Shown here piece by piece: positions 37,195-48,116 of a stretch of DNA of 64,000 nt (position 1 is its first letter; each line of letters starts with the position of its first letter). The notes below the pieces were generated by a model. The model had not been told where the DNA came from and searched no databases. It was given only the letters and a program-made list of their open reading frames with translations. A program made the translations under genes and the position numbers. The stretch is from an uncultured Verrucomicrobiae bacterium. Its GTDB lineage: Bacteria > Verrucomicrobiota > Verrucomicrobiia > Chthoniobacterales > UBA10450. The stretch covers positions 1,376,001-1,440,000 of the forward strand of contig CAVTMK010000002.1 in assembly GCA_963735805.1 (NCBI GenBank), given 5' to 3'.

Positions 37195-39433
37195 CTATGG
37201 CGAGGTCAGACTCCAACCAATTGGAAGTGTTGGACCGAACGCGCTGCTGGCAAAAACGTTGTTGTTCAGATACCAGATCGCCGTTTGATGCGTGCTGTTG
37301 TTGTAAAGCAGATAATCCGGCTTCCCGTCACCGTTAAAGTCCGCTGTGGCTACCAATGTCCAGTTACTGGGAACGGTTGGCCCCCATGCGCCGCCAATAA
37401 GCGTTGTTCCTGATAAATAGGCGACAGCTGTGTAACCTGTAGTGGGATAAAATAAGAGATAATCTGCGTGCCCATCGCCATCAAAGTCTGCTACACCCAT
37501 CACTAACCAGCCGCCCGGCAGCCTTGGGCCGGCGTCGCCGCCAATCAAAACATTATTGTTTAGATACCAGATCGCCGTTTGACGAGTGATGGCGTTGTAA
37601 AGCACGTAATCCGGTTTGTTATCACCATTAAAATCGGCGGTACCGACTAACTCCCATCCATTGGGCAGACTTGGTCCGTAAGCGCCTCCAATAAGCGTCG
37701 GTCCCGATAAATACCAGAGTGCTGTTTGGCGAGTGCTGGGAGCAAACAATGCATAATCTGAATGATTATCGAGATTAAAATCGCCCACACCCCTCAATGC
37801 CCAGCCCGCTGGAAGAGTCGGACCGGCGTCGCCGCCCGCTAAAACGTTGTTGTTTAGATACCAGATCGCCGTTAGGCGCGTGTTAGTATTACGAAGCACG
37901 TAGTCTGGGTGGCCATCGCCGTTAAAGTCGGCTACTACCGCTCTGGCCGGAGTTGGAGTAGGTGTTGGGACCGGTACTTTGAACGCATAAATCTTGTTGT
38001 CAGCGGGGTAGTAGATATGGCCGCGAGCGACAATGCCGGTATTCCATTTCCTCGTGTCGCTCATCATTTCGTTCGCGCCACCTCCGGCATAAATCACATT
38101 GCCGGTATCGCCATTATAAGCGTGCAAACGTCCGTCTCCTCCGGCGCCGACTACCCAGACGATTGCGTTATTTGTACCGTCTGTCGAAGTAACCCACGCC
38201 GAGCCCAACCCAGTCTGACTCACGCTCCAGGCTGGGACTATATTGGGAGGATTGGTGCGGAGTAACTTTATAAGCTGCGACAGCATTGTTTTCGGTATGA
38301 AAAACGAAATAGGTTCCCTGGCTTGTATGATAGGTGGCAGCCGATTGCCCCCTGACAGCACTAGGAAGGTTTTCTGAAGCCACTGGTGCGCTAACGCCCC
38401 CTAGATTATTGCGGTTAAGCAAGTAGGCCATTCCATCTTTCCCAAGGGCGAGCACCAATTGCGAGGGCGTTCCTCCCGGCACATCAATTAGGGTGGCGCT
38501 GCAACCGCCGAGATCGGTGTCTGTTTGGTCGAGCGAAAACCAATTAATTGGCGCCCAGTAGTCGGTGGGAGCGCCGCTAAAAATCGGGCCTGCTTGTAAA
38601 CGAATCACCGCTTCACCGCCACCCCAGACCTGATTAGTATTAAAGGTATTCCCCGTAATTACAAACATGTTGGTGCCATCGCTGGCAACGCCGCCATGCC
38701 CCCAGATGCCGCCCCCTATGGCATGTGTTGCCCAAGCCATGACGTTGGAGGGATTGTTCAGTGGTATGCCAACCACCCATCCATGGTACGTGCCACAGTC
38801 ACCTGCATGCCCCGAGAAGCAGACGTAAAGGATGCCGTTCACGATCGCGAGCCCACCGCGCTCGTTCTGTACCGACGAGGTAAACGCCGTGCCGTTATGG
38901 TTAGCGGTCGCATTCAGATCTACCGGCCAATTGGGGTTGGTTGCTCCGGTGTCCACGTTCAATGAATAGACGAAATGCTTCTTAGTAGCGCCGTCTATCA
39001 TTGCGTCGACGAAAAGTGATCTGGAAGCAAGATCGACCACAGGCGTGCCGGTAATGCCGAGGGGGGTGATGTTGCCGCACGGCAATCCCGATGTGACTGC
39101 CGCTCCGAGATTGCGTTGCCAAACGATGCTGCCATTGTTGGCGTCGAGTGCATACACATTGTTCGATTCCGTCACTGCAATAACCATCGCGCCATTGGGA
39201 CCGCCCTCGATATAAAGTGGCTGGGCGTAAACGTTGCCCGAGATTGTTCCGTTGAAGTTCAGGTCGCGCGTCAGATTGGCTGCGTTAGCGGACGTAAATG
39301 CGCGATCAATATACAGGCCATCGCGAGAAAGATTGTTGTGCTCCTGCGTTACGTTGACCTGCGCGTTTGTTGGAAAAATGGCAGTGCATAAGAGTGCAAT
39401 GACAAGTGACGAAGAGGAAATTGGAGTCTTCAT
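37195..39433 (-). CDS. Secreted PQQ-like beta-propeller protein with PT linker and FG-GAP/VCBS-like repeats; +1 frameshift near 38257
   Basis: ORFs 38168..39433 and 37195..38361 join as AAYKVTP-TNPPNIVPAWSV; VYALDANNGSIVW; PTPTPTP; five DFNGDG-type repeats. Confidence 0.85.
37200..37935 (-). repeat. Five ~49-aa FG-GAP-like repeats (alternating types, DNA period 294 bp)
   Basis: AGATACCAGATCGCCGTT occurs at 37268, 37562 and 37856. Confidence 0.85.
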
Positions 39434-39657
39434 AGGCCGACGAAAATACCGTGCTTCCCTTCAAGCACCGCGTTCCCTTCTAACACCGGCCTCTGCAGTT
39501 CTGTCAAGTCTTACTGAACGTAATTCGTGACAAATTAGCGTATCTTTTGCGGTTTGGATCGGCTAGACCACTGTTTATGATCTGAATGCACGCACACTCT
39601 CGCAGCGGCCTCAAAGTCGGTGGAGCGGCTCAGCGCTACGGATCGTTGCTTATCCCA

Positions 39658-40206
39658 TCACTTCCCTGGCTTATCCGGCTCTGGCATGGACATCCCACCT
39701 ACGATCTGCCAATCCTTTCCGCTCCGCAGCCACGCATGTGTGATCCGAAAAGTGTGCGGCACTCCCTGTCCGTTCTTATCCACCCAACTCAATGTTATCC
39801 AGTAGCAAACAAAGGCGACATCCCCGGTGACTTGAATTCCCGCGGGCTTAAACGCCCCGGTTTTGAAGGACAAACCTTTGCTGGTTTGAGATGTAATCCA
39901 GTCGGTAATGTGATCTTTACGGACGGGTACGGAACTAACCGACGGCCAACCGAGGAAATCGTTGTGCCATAAATTTGAATAAGCGGCCAAGTCATTTTTC
40001 TCGACGTACTGCCAATATGCGTGCTCAAGGTTCCACAGCGTCTGCTCGTCACCTGATGGCGACGATGAAAGCATCGGCTGCACTGTGGCGAGCCAACAAA
40101 CAACGGCGAGAAGGGAACTGGAACGCCTGGGCCTACCGCGATTCGGCCCAAGAATTGGATCATTAAAATGCTTCACGTCGCTCATCCTGTCGTTTTTGTT
40201 CTCCAC
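39658..40206 (-). CDS. NTF2-like / DUF4440 exported protein (start uncertain)
   Basis: LEHAYWQYVEKNDLAAY...GDVAFV...RITHAWLRSGKDWQIVGG. Confidence 0.75.
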   Translation of the reverse strand: MENKNDRMSDVKHFNDPILGPNRGRPRRSSSLLAVVCWLATVQPMLSSSPSGDEQTLWNLEHAYWQYVEKNDLAAYSNLWHNDFLGWPSVSSVPVRKDHITDWITSQTSKGLSFKTGAFKPAGIQVTGDVAFVCYWITLSWVDKNGQGVPHTFRITHAWLRSGKDWQIVGGMSMPEPDKPGK

Positions 40207-40458
40207 AAAGTATGACCGGGCAATTGGAAGAGGACAAGTTAATACCGCAAGTAGTGGTGACAGAGCAATAGGTCAGAGAAGTGCGCATTCTGTAGTCAGG
40301 ATCCGTACGGCGCTGGAATGAAACAAGCGTTCGTCTTTGTGACGTTTTTGGCTCGCAGATTTGAGGATCGAACGATGAAGTAGCACAGCAATTCAGGACA
40401 CATACTTGCCTGCTGGCCCGCAGCGTCAGAATATGGTGATGATGGCCCCATATACGCT

Positions 40459-42462
40459 ATGAGCGGTTTCTTTGAGGAGTTGCAGCGCCGAAAGGTTTAT
40501 CGCGTCGCAGCCGCTTACGTCGTCGCCGCGGGATTCCTGATTCAAATGGCCTCGGCGACGTTTCCAGCATGGGACTTGCCGAATTGGAGTTTGCGGCTGG
40601 TGATTGCGCTTTTGCTAATCGGTTTTCCGATCGCGCTCATACTCGCCTGGGCCTACGACATTACTGCGCAGGGAATTCAGGTTACCCCCACAAAGGGGGC
40701 TCACCGGCGGCGAAATCTCATTTTGCTCGTCGTCACTGGTGTCATCGTCTCTACTGCCGCTGGATTTTTTCTTTTGCCAAGGGCTGTCTGGCATCAGGTC
40801 GAGAAATCCGTCGCGGTCCTGCCTTTTCAAAATTTGAGCAGCGATCCAGAGAACGCATATTTCGCTGACGGCATCCAGGCGGAAGTTTTGACGCGCCTGG
40901 CTAAAATCGCGGATTTGAAAGTGATCTCGCGCGCCTCGACACAACAGTATCAGAGCGAACCCGGGAATCTTTCCGAGATCGCGAAGCAGCTTGGCGTCGC
41001 GAACATCCTTGAGGGTACCGTGCAGAGAGCAGCCGATCAGGTGCGGGTCAATGTTCACCTGGTTAACGCGCAAACGGGTTCGCAGCTCTGGGCCGAGACC
41101 TATGATCGAAAATTGAGCGATATCTTTGCCGTCGAAAGCGATATCGCGAAGGGAATAGCGGAGTCGTTACAAGCGACCCTGACCGGGGGTGAAGAGCAAG
41201 CATTGGCTGCCAGGTCCACAAACAATCCCGAAGCTTACGATGCTTATTTACACGGACTGGCTTTTGAAGCGCGCGGCAACTACTCAAAGGATGCCTTGTT
41301 TGAAGCCATCGGGTATTATGAGCTGGCCGTGCAGCTTGATCCAAATTTTGCGCTTGCCTGGGCGCGACTGTCCGGTGCGCACGCACTCCTTTACTTTAAC
41401 CGTGGCGACACAACTGTCGCTCGCCGCGATGCGGCCAAAGAAGCTTTGGAGCAGGCGCAAAAGCTGCAGCCGAACTCGCCCGAAACTCTTCTCTTCTTAG
41501 GTTATTATCAATACTGGGTGTCGCACGATTATGGGATGGCCAAAGCTACCTTTGCACGCGTGAGTAAAATATTGCCCGGTAACAGTGAAGTATCATACGC
41601 CCTTGCGGCAATCGCGCGACGTGAGGGGCATTGGGCTGAAAGTCTTGCATATTGGGAACGGGGTCTCTCCCTCGATCCGCGAAATACTGTGCTGCTGACC
41701 GAGGTGGCATTTACTTACGCTGCGCTTCGACAATTCCCCACAGCTATAAAGCTCTACGATCAGGCACTCGATATTCTCCCTAGTGAGTTGTACCTAACGG
41801 CGTCAAAAGCCGCCATTTACCAGGCCGAAGGTAACCTGCAGGAAGCCGCTAAGCTGCTGGTCCAGGTAAACGCACAAACAGATTCGGACCTGGCCGTTCG
41901 GCTCAAACTCGCCCAATTGAGATTTGAACGAAATCCGACTGAAGCCGCCAAGTTTGTGGAACTCCGACAGGCTCGACTCCGCTTTGCTTCTCCGATAGAC
42001 AAGGGAACAAAGCAGCTTGGGTTGGCATGGATTAAGCGCGTAGCTGGGGATATGGCGGCAGCAAAAACTCTCGCCGAAGAGGCACGCAACACGCTTGAGC
42101 CGATCAGCAAGGAACAACCAGACAATGCGTTCGTTGCGGCAGCGCTGGCCGTGGCCTACGCGATGCTCGACGAGAAGGGCCCAGCACTGAAGGAAGCGGA
42201 GCGTGCAATGACGCTCGTGCCGAGTAGCAAAGATCGGCTATCCGGACCCGGGTTCGAAGAGAACCTCGCGCTAGTTGAGATGCTCATTGGCGAGAATGGC
42301 CGCGCGATTTCAATTCTCACGCGGCTGTTGCAAACGCCGTACAGCGGCTGGCTTTATACCCCAGCTCCCATCACGCCGGCACTTTTAAGACTCGATCCAA
42401 TTTGGGATCCTTTGCGCGTCGATCCCGCTTTTCAAAAACTCTACGCGGATAAACAGCCGTGA
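40459..42462 (+). CDS. Membrane protein with TolB-like N-terminal domain and TPR repeats; no catalytic domain seen
   Basis: FFEELQRRKVYRVAAAY, KSVAVLPFQNLS..PENAYFADG, PEAYDAYL, LRLDPIWDPLR.DP.FQ. Confidence 0.88.
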   Translation: MSGFFEELQRRKVYRVAAAYVVAAGFLIQMASATFPAWDLPNWSLRLVIALLLIGFPIALILAWAYDITAQGIQVTPTKGAHRRRNLILLVVTGVIVSTAAGFFLLPRAVWHQVEKSVAVLPFQNLSSDPENAYFADGIQAEVLTRLAKIADLKVISRASTQQYQSEPGNLSEIAKQLGVANILEGTVQRAADQVRVNVHLVNAQTGSQLWAETYDRKLSDIFAVESDIAKGIAESLQATLTGGEEQALAARSTNNPEAYDAYLHGLAFEARGNYSKDALFEAIGYYELAVQLDPNFALAWARLSGAHALLYFNRGDTTVARRDAAKEALEQAQKLQPNSPETLLFLGYYQYWVSHDYGMAKATFARVSKILPGNSEVSYALAAIARREGHWAESLAYWERGLSLDPRNTVLLTEVAFTYAALRQFPTAIKLYDQALDILPSELYLTASKAAIYQAEGNLQEAAKLLVQVNAQTDSDLAVRLKLAQLRFERNPTEAAKFVELRQARLRFASPIDKGTKQLGLAWIKRVAGDMAAAKTLAEEARNTLEPISKEQPDNAFVAAALAVAYAMLDEKGPALKEAERAMTLVPSSKDRLSGPGFEENLALVEMLIGENGRAISILTRLLQTPYSGWLYTPAPITPALLRLDPIWDPLRVDPAFQKLYADKQP

Positions 42463-42907
42463 AGATCTGCGGCGTTGGTCAGCCTGAAGGAGTAACACAT
42501 GCCATCGTTGCAGGCGAGTTGAACTGCGATAAATAGATGTTCAACTATCATGGCCAGCTCGACCTGCGGTCACATCATAGCTCTCGCAGTCGTGAAATGA
42601 ATGGCGGCGACGCGTTGCTGATCGCGCCGCCGCCCCAGGTATCCCTCTGCTCAGCAAAGTAATTGCTCGCACATACTATCAACGAAGCTGACCCCCAATT
42701 TTCACCTTGGCCAGGCAAAAAGCACTATCCAACGCCTGAATGAAACGTAAGGCGCGGCCTTACACTGCACGCAACGAGCCGCGTTCTGTGAATTCTAACG
42801 ATGCGACCTGTACTTTTCCGGTGCCTGCTAGATTCCCGACGCCAGCTCTGCTTTGCGAAAATTGGATTGGCCGCAACTATGGACTTTCCATCTGTCTGTC
42901 GAGGCAC

Positions 42908-44125
42908 TCAAGGCGTGAACTTGTAGATGCTTCCGTCGTCATTTTCGCCGCCATGCACCGTGGCGCCGTAAAAGTTTCCGAATACATCTACAACCATGCC
43001 ATTATAGGAAAAGCCGCCGTCCGGAGGGCCTGCGAAGGCATGAACAACAGTCTCGGTCCAATTGCCGCCGCCAGTTGGAGCCAGCTTAAAAATGGCGCCA
43101 CTGCCTAACCCACCTTCACTCGTGGTCCCATAGAGATTGCCATTCTTGTCAAAAACGAGATTACTGATGGGGCTGTTACCGTCTGTTCCTTGTTGAAAGC
43201 TGTAAATTACTTCCTCCGTCCACTCGCCGACAGCTTGTGGCGACAACTTATAAACAGCGCCAATACCATTAGCTCCTCCATAATAGGTCGTACCGTAAAT
43301 GTTGCCTGAGTCATCAAAAAGTAATGCCCCGTATGGAAAACTGCCGTCCGGTTGACCCTGGAAAGTGTAGATTGTTTGGAAATCCCACCCTCCAAGTGCC
43401 TTCGGGGTAAGCTGGAAAATAACTCCGCTTCCGTTACTCCCTCCGGTGGTGGCCGCGCCATAGAGGTGCCCGTCGCGCAAAATCATCCTTCCAGCAGAGC
43501 CGCTCGAGCCATCCGCGCCGCCTGTAAACGCGTGAATAACCTTAAAGGTCAAAGCCCCACTTGATAGCGGACCGATCTTGTAGATCGTGCCCAAGCCATT
43601 TGCGCCGCCGGTAGGAGTCATTCCATAAATATTGCCCGCGCGATCCACTGTAACCCTTGAGCCTGGTCCAGAGCCATCGTCTCCGCCGGTGAATGCATGT
43701 ACCACTTTTTGAGTCCAAGTCCCTTTGATGTTAGTGAGTTTGTAAATAACACCGCATCCGCCTTCGCAGGAACCTGACCCCCCTGTGACTGCGGTGCCAT
43801 ATAGATTACCGTCGCGGTCGAGTGTCACTCCTTTGTACGGCTCGCCTCCATCGGTGCCGCCAGTAAAGCTGTAGAGCACCGCGTGCACCCAGCCATTAGG
43901 AGTGGGACTGAGCTGAAAAACTGTTCCACTTCCAAAATCGCCGCCCAGGACTGTCGTGCCGTAGATGTTACCGGCACTGTCGGTCTCCAAATCGGTGTCG
44001 GCATATTCGCCTTCGTCTTCTTCAAAACTAAAAATGACATCCGTCGTTGTCCCCGTGGCTGCGGTGAGGGAAAGTGCCATCGAAAATATTAAAGCCGCCT
44101 TGTTCAGTTGTTTCAGTAGATTCAT
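42908..44125 (-). CDS. Secreted tandem-repeat beta-propeller protein (GloVer choice-of-anchor type)
   Basis: About seven repeats of DG..P...L..D..GN.YGTT..GG..G.G..F.L; signal peptide. Confidence 0.85.
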   Translation of the reverse strand: MNLLKQLNKAALIFSMALSLTAATGTTTDVIFSFEEDEGEYADTDLETDSAGNIYGTTVLGGDFGSGTVFQLSPTPNGWVHAVLYSFTGGTDGGEPYKGVTLDRDGNLYGTAVTGGSGSCEGGCGVIYKLTNIKGTWTQKVVHAFTGGDDGSGPGSRVTVDRAGNIYGMTPTGGANGLGTIYKIGPLSSGALTFKVIHAFTGGADGSSGSAGRMILRDGHLYGAATTGGSNGSGVIFQLTPKALGGWDFQTIYTFQGQPDGSFPYGALLFDDSGNIYGTTYYGGANGIGAVYKLSPQAVGEWTEEVIYSFQQGTDGNSPISNLVFDKNGNLYGTTSEGGLGSGAIFKLAPTGGGNWTETVVHAFAGPPDGGFSYNGMVVDVFGNFYGATVHGGENDDGSIYKFTP

Positions 44126-44950
44126 CGTTGTTCTTTCTTTTCCCCGCCTCTCGTTATTTCTGGAATCGCGGGTCCGGACGAGACGAAGAACCTAGCGGGG
44201 AGAAAAGTCCTCCGCCTTGGTTCAGATCCGCTTTAGCAGCGGCAGAGTTTCGGAAAATTCGCTTCACCTTGTCAAGGCAATTTTCCACAGGCACACACAA
44301 GGGCGTTTAACGCTGAGAGCGTTCACATCTAAACTATGGATATCGTAACTCGGCAATCCGCAATCAGCATTGCGACTCCTCAAGGTAGCCTTGTTACCTA
44401 ATGAGCTGTCGTAGGAGTGAGGTTGCGCTGAAAATGTAGACACCGTGTCAGGGTAGTCCCATGTAATCCTGGCCTGTTAGTCGCTGCCGTAAGTGTTTTG
44501 ACGCGCTATATACGAGATCATTTGAAATTGCGTAAGTGCCGGAAATCCGATTGACTCCGCGATGATCTCTGCGCGGGCGTCTGGTAGGCGGGCGTTTTTT
44601 GCGCAACCAAAGCGAAATGCCTTTGTTTACTTCCTTGTGCAGCGACTGCGAGCACTCAACGGTTCGGGGAGGCGGTCATTGGAGTCCGTGCTTATTCATA
44701 AACATCGTGCTGGGTTTAAGTTCCCGTTTAATTCCTGGCCCTCGCAGTTCGTTGCACCGTTTCTGCGCAACAGAACGCAGCTGCATTTTTCTACCGAACT
44801 GTTCTGTTTGGATGGAATGTACGGCTCTGTCGGTGCGGAATGCTTGACGGGCGTGCGAAGGCAATTCCCGCGATTCAGCACGCAAAATGCATGCTAGCAC
44901 GGCCGCCAACGGGGAAGTGCCTCTTACAATTGATCTGTAAGTCGCCGATC

Positions 44951-46033
44951 TTAGTCCTCGGTAATGATACCAAAGAGACCGTGTTCTTCGTCGGCGATTC
45001 CAGCGGTGAAAAAGACTCCGTCTCCCAGAGGAAGAAGGTCCCATAGCCCTTCAAATTGGAGCTGGGTGCCATCAGCGCGCATCAGCGTTTCGATGAAGGT
45101 GCCCGTGTTCGGATCGTAATTATTGATGAGGCCATCACCGAAATTGCCGACCCAGAGTTCGTCTTCTACCAGCGCCAAACCCCATGGGGAATTAAGATTT
45201 CCGTTTGAAACCAGCCGTCTTAGGAAATTGCCACTGGTGTCAAACACATTGATAAAGCCGTGACCCGGACCGGGAACGTCATCCTCCCTGGCGTGGTCTT
45301 GCAGTGCGTAAGTCACAAAAATCTCGCCGTTGAATTGCCGGATGCCGAACGGCGCGTATCCCGTAGGAAGATTTCGATCTACGAAACCGTTACGGTTAAC
45401 CTGATGAAAATTCTCATCGTAAGTTTCTACCTTTCCCGTGTGAAAGTCCGTTACATATAAGAAATTATGACCATTGGCCACACCGAGGGTTGCGCCTTTA
45501 TAGATAGCGCTGTTGCGGCCATGGTTCCTGCCGTTGTCGACCGCGATGATTGCGTTTGTCGGATCCACATTTGGGTTCCACCCCGAGATGGAACCGTCTT
45601 CGCTGACAAAAATAAAGAGTGCCGGCGCCGAGATTCCATTCTTTGTGACTTGAAAGAACTGCGTGCCGTTGAAGACGACCCCAGTTGGATTCCCTGTCCC
45701 TCGGTTTCGGGCAGAGGTTGGAATTGTCACGACTAGCGAACGTGCCGTGCCGTCTTGGCCGTAAAGGGTAGAAACACCAGTGCCATTGTCACTGACCCAG
45801 ATTGTACCGTTGGCAGACACGGCCATTCCCCACGGATTGACCAGGTTGTCGTCGATGTGCTGGGCTACTCCGGCGATGTCGGACTGGAAGTTTGTCCACG
45901 AATAGGTATCCCCGCGCGCGGACGCGACCGCTAGAATTCCTACTGTAGATAGAAGAAGAGCAGTTTTACAAAGATAAGTTGTTTTCACAGGTGTGATGAT
46001 TGGGTTGACGCATGGAGAATCGCACCCATCCAT
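44951..46033 (-). CDS. TIGR03118-like secreted protein (start probably later than the ORF start)
   Basis: NLVNPWG, WVSDNGTG, PTGVVFN, FIFVSEDG.ISGW, YKG, YAPF, LNSPWG, VGNFGDG, FTAG...E.HGLFG. Confidence 0.88.
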   Translation of the reverse strand: MDGCDSPCVNPIITPVKTTYLCKTALLLSTVGILAVASARGDTYSWTNFQSDIAGVAQHIDDNLVNPWGMAVSANGTIWVSDNGTGVSTLYGQDGTARSLVVTIPTSARNRGTGNPTGVVFNGTQFFQVTKNGISAPALFIFVSEDGSISGWNPNVDPTNAIIAVDNGRNHGRNSAIYKGATLGVANGHNFLYVTDFHTGKVETYDENFHQVNRNGFVDRNLPTGYAPFGIRQFNGEIFVTYALQDHAREDDVPGPGHGFINVFDTSGNFLRRLVSNGNLNSPWGLALVEDELWVGNFGDGLINNYDPNTGTFIETLMRADGTQLQFEGLWDLLPLGDGVFFTAGIADEEHGLFGIITED

Positions 46034-46211
46034 GTCGGCTGGCGTATCGGAAAGGTAACGTCTTTGTTACTTTGCAGCGACCATCTGTTAAATGCAGCAA
46101 TCCTGGTGTAGCCACGGCGCATGTCGCCGTGCCGCCATGGGTAAGACATGTAACAGCGCTTCAACACCGCGAGGCTGCTACCACATTAGTGGCGTGCCAG
46201 GGACGCGAATG

Positions 46212-46874
46212 TTAGCGGGAATCGATGGTGTAACCTACGTGGCGCACTGTATGAATCAGCGGGGGATCACCAATTTTCTTCCGCAGCCGGCCGATGAAAA
46301 CTTCGACAAGTTTGGTGTCATACTCATGTGCATGTTCCCAAACCCGTTCGCATAGCTCCGTCCGGGTGAAGACACGGCCAGGCTCACGCATCAATACCTT
46401 TAATAACATCAGTTCACGGGGAGACAGCTCGATGCGTTGTGCTTTACGGTAAACATTGTGAGTAGCCAGATCGAGTGTGAGATCGCCTACGCGCAAGGAC
46501 ATGGTTGGTTCTTCAGGATAACGGCGTCCCAGCGCCCGCACGCGGGCAACCAGCTCCTGCATGGAGAATGGCTTAGGCAGGTAATCATCAGCGCCAAGCC
46601 GCAATCCGGTTACTCGATCATCGACAGCGCCACGTGCAGTCAATAGCAATACCCGACTAGCCAGGTGTTGCGCGCGCATGCGGCGCAGCACCTCGAATCC
46701 ATCAATTCCTGGCAAGCCGATGTCTAGCACAATCAGATCGAAAGGCGCCTTTCTTACTTCGTCTAATGCAGTTTCGCCATCGTGAACCTTGCTCGGATCA
46801 TGGCCAGCTTCTGTGAGCGCCGAAGCGATTTGGCGCGCCACTAGGACTTCATCTTCGATAATCAGGATGCGCAT
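46212..46874 (-). CDS. OmpR family response regulator
   Basis: MRILIIEDE, LDIGLPG, GADDYLPKPF and winged helix (VFIGRLRKK, IHTVRHVGY). Confidence 0.95.
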   Translation of the reverse strand: MRILIIEDEVLVARQIASALTEAGHDPSKVHDGETALDEVRKAPFDLIVLDIGLPGIDGFEVLRRMRAQHLASRVLLLTARGAVDDRVTGLRLGADDYLPKPFSMQELVARVRALGRRYPEEPTMSLRVGDLTLDLATHNVYRKAQRIELSPRELMLLKVLMREPGRVFTRTELCERVWEHAHEYDTKLVEVFIGRLRKKIGDPPLIHTVRHVGYTIDSR

Positions 46875-46898
46875 CGATTTTTAAAGAAGACTAAAGCA

Positions 46899-48116
46899 TT
46901 AGAAACGAACGGTAAATTGTGCGGCCAGTAGATGATTGTCCTCGCCAGGTCCGGTTGTCTCATGCTGGTAATCATACTGCAACTTTAACTGCGTGTGTGA
47001 AGTGAAGCGATAGGCTACGGCGACGTCGATCCTGCCGAGGTTTGGATTCCAGCTCACGCTTGGAGCCGACGGAACAGGCACATCGCCGAAGAGTTGTTGG
47101 TTCCAGCGGACCGCACCGAAAAATTGCGGCGTAAATTTGTATTTCACTTCAACATAATAGGCGAACGTGTCTGCGTTTCCGACTCGGGGCACTTCAAAGC
47201 GCGCTTCGTAAAATTCTGCCCATACTTGCAAATGATGCCAGGCGAAACTGGCGTCCTGACCAAGAACGAATTCCCGGTAATCACCGATGTCACGTCCGGG
47301 TGGGAGCGTAGGTTGGGCCTCGCGCCGAAAATATGGTCCCTCGCTCGCGGAGAAGCCAAAATTCCACGCCTCGTTAGGTCGGAAACCGAGACGGCCGCTG
47401 AAAGTTGGCGGGTCGAAACCGCTCTCAGCAACGGTCCACGATTCTGGTCGGGACGACAACGACGCGTTCTTCATTTCCACGGCGTAATCAAATCGGTCCA
47501 GGCGCCCAGACACGGAAACGCCACTTGCATAGCTAGGTCCCCAAATCACCGGATTGAACACATACTTTTTGTAGCTGTAAGGCCCGTAGATAAAGTCGAA
47601 TACTGAAAACGGAGCGGATTTGTCCCGAATTGCCGTGACGTTTTCGTAAACTAACGGCGCGTTGATGAATGGATTCTCCCAGGAGAGATGGCGCGGCACC
47701 CAGTTACCTACGACCGTGGCAAACTTGCCGATTTGCGCGGTAAAGCGAGTATCGTCCCATGGCGTCACGCGCAGAGCATATTCGTCGAGGCGGATTTCAG
47801 CGCCGTGATCGCTCGGGTCAAACCCGCGATCGAGCCGGGATTGCGCAAAGAAATAAATATGTGAGCCGATTTGCGCGTCGAGAAAGAGCGTCAAACGCGG
47901 GTTAAACAGAGTGTCGATTTCGCTGTCGATGAGGCCAGGCGCCGGCTGCTCGAAATTGTAGATTTCCAAATCGAGAGTGCCGCTCAATCGTGCGCGCAGA
48001 TTATTTTGAAATGCCGACATCGTAAGCGCAGTGTCGAGCCGGTCGAAATAATCATCGATATCCAACGCGTATGCCGTGCAAGCAAAAACGCACAGGCTGA
48101 GGACGCGCACCTTCAT
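46899..48116 (-). CDS. Probable outer-membrane porin-like beta-barrel
   Basis: Signal peptide, aromatic amphipathic strands, QIGKFATVVG and terminal AQFTVRF. Confidence 0.7.
   Translation of the reverse strand: MKVRVLSLCVFACTAYALDIDDYFDRLDTALTMSAFQNNLRARLSGTLDLEIYNFEQPAPGLIDSEIDTLFNPRLTLFLDAQIGSHIYFFAQSRLDRGFDPSDHGAEIRLDEYALRVTPWDDTRFTAQIGKFATVVGNWVPRHLSWENPFINAPLVYENVTAIRDKSAPFSVFDFIYGPYSYKKYVFNPVIWGPSYASGVSVSGRLDRFDYAVEMKNASLSSRPESWTVAESGFDPPTFSGRLGFRPNEAWNFGFSASEGPYFRREAQPTLPPGRDIGDYREFVLGQDASFAWHHLQVWAEFYEARFEVPRVGNADTFAYYVEVKYKFTPQFFGAVRWNQQLFGDVPVPSAPSVSWNPNLGRIDVAVAYRFTSHTQLKLQYDYQHETTGPGEDNHLLAAQFTVRF

Noticed and set aside
42603..42633. GC-rich hairpin between convergent genes
   Set aside because: The stem is imperfect and has no U tract on either strand, so it cannot be supported as a terminator.
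44562..44897. Short overlapping ORFs in the 44.3-44.9 kb gap
   Set aside because: Several conflicting frames with no domain or clear RBS support.
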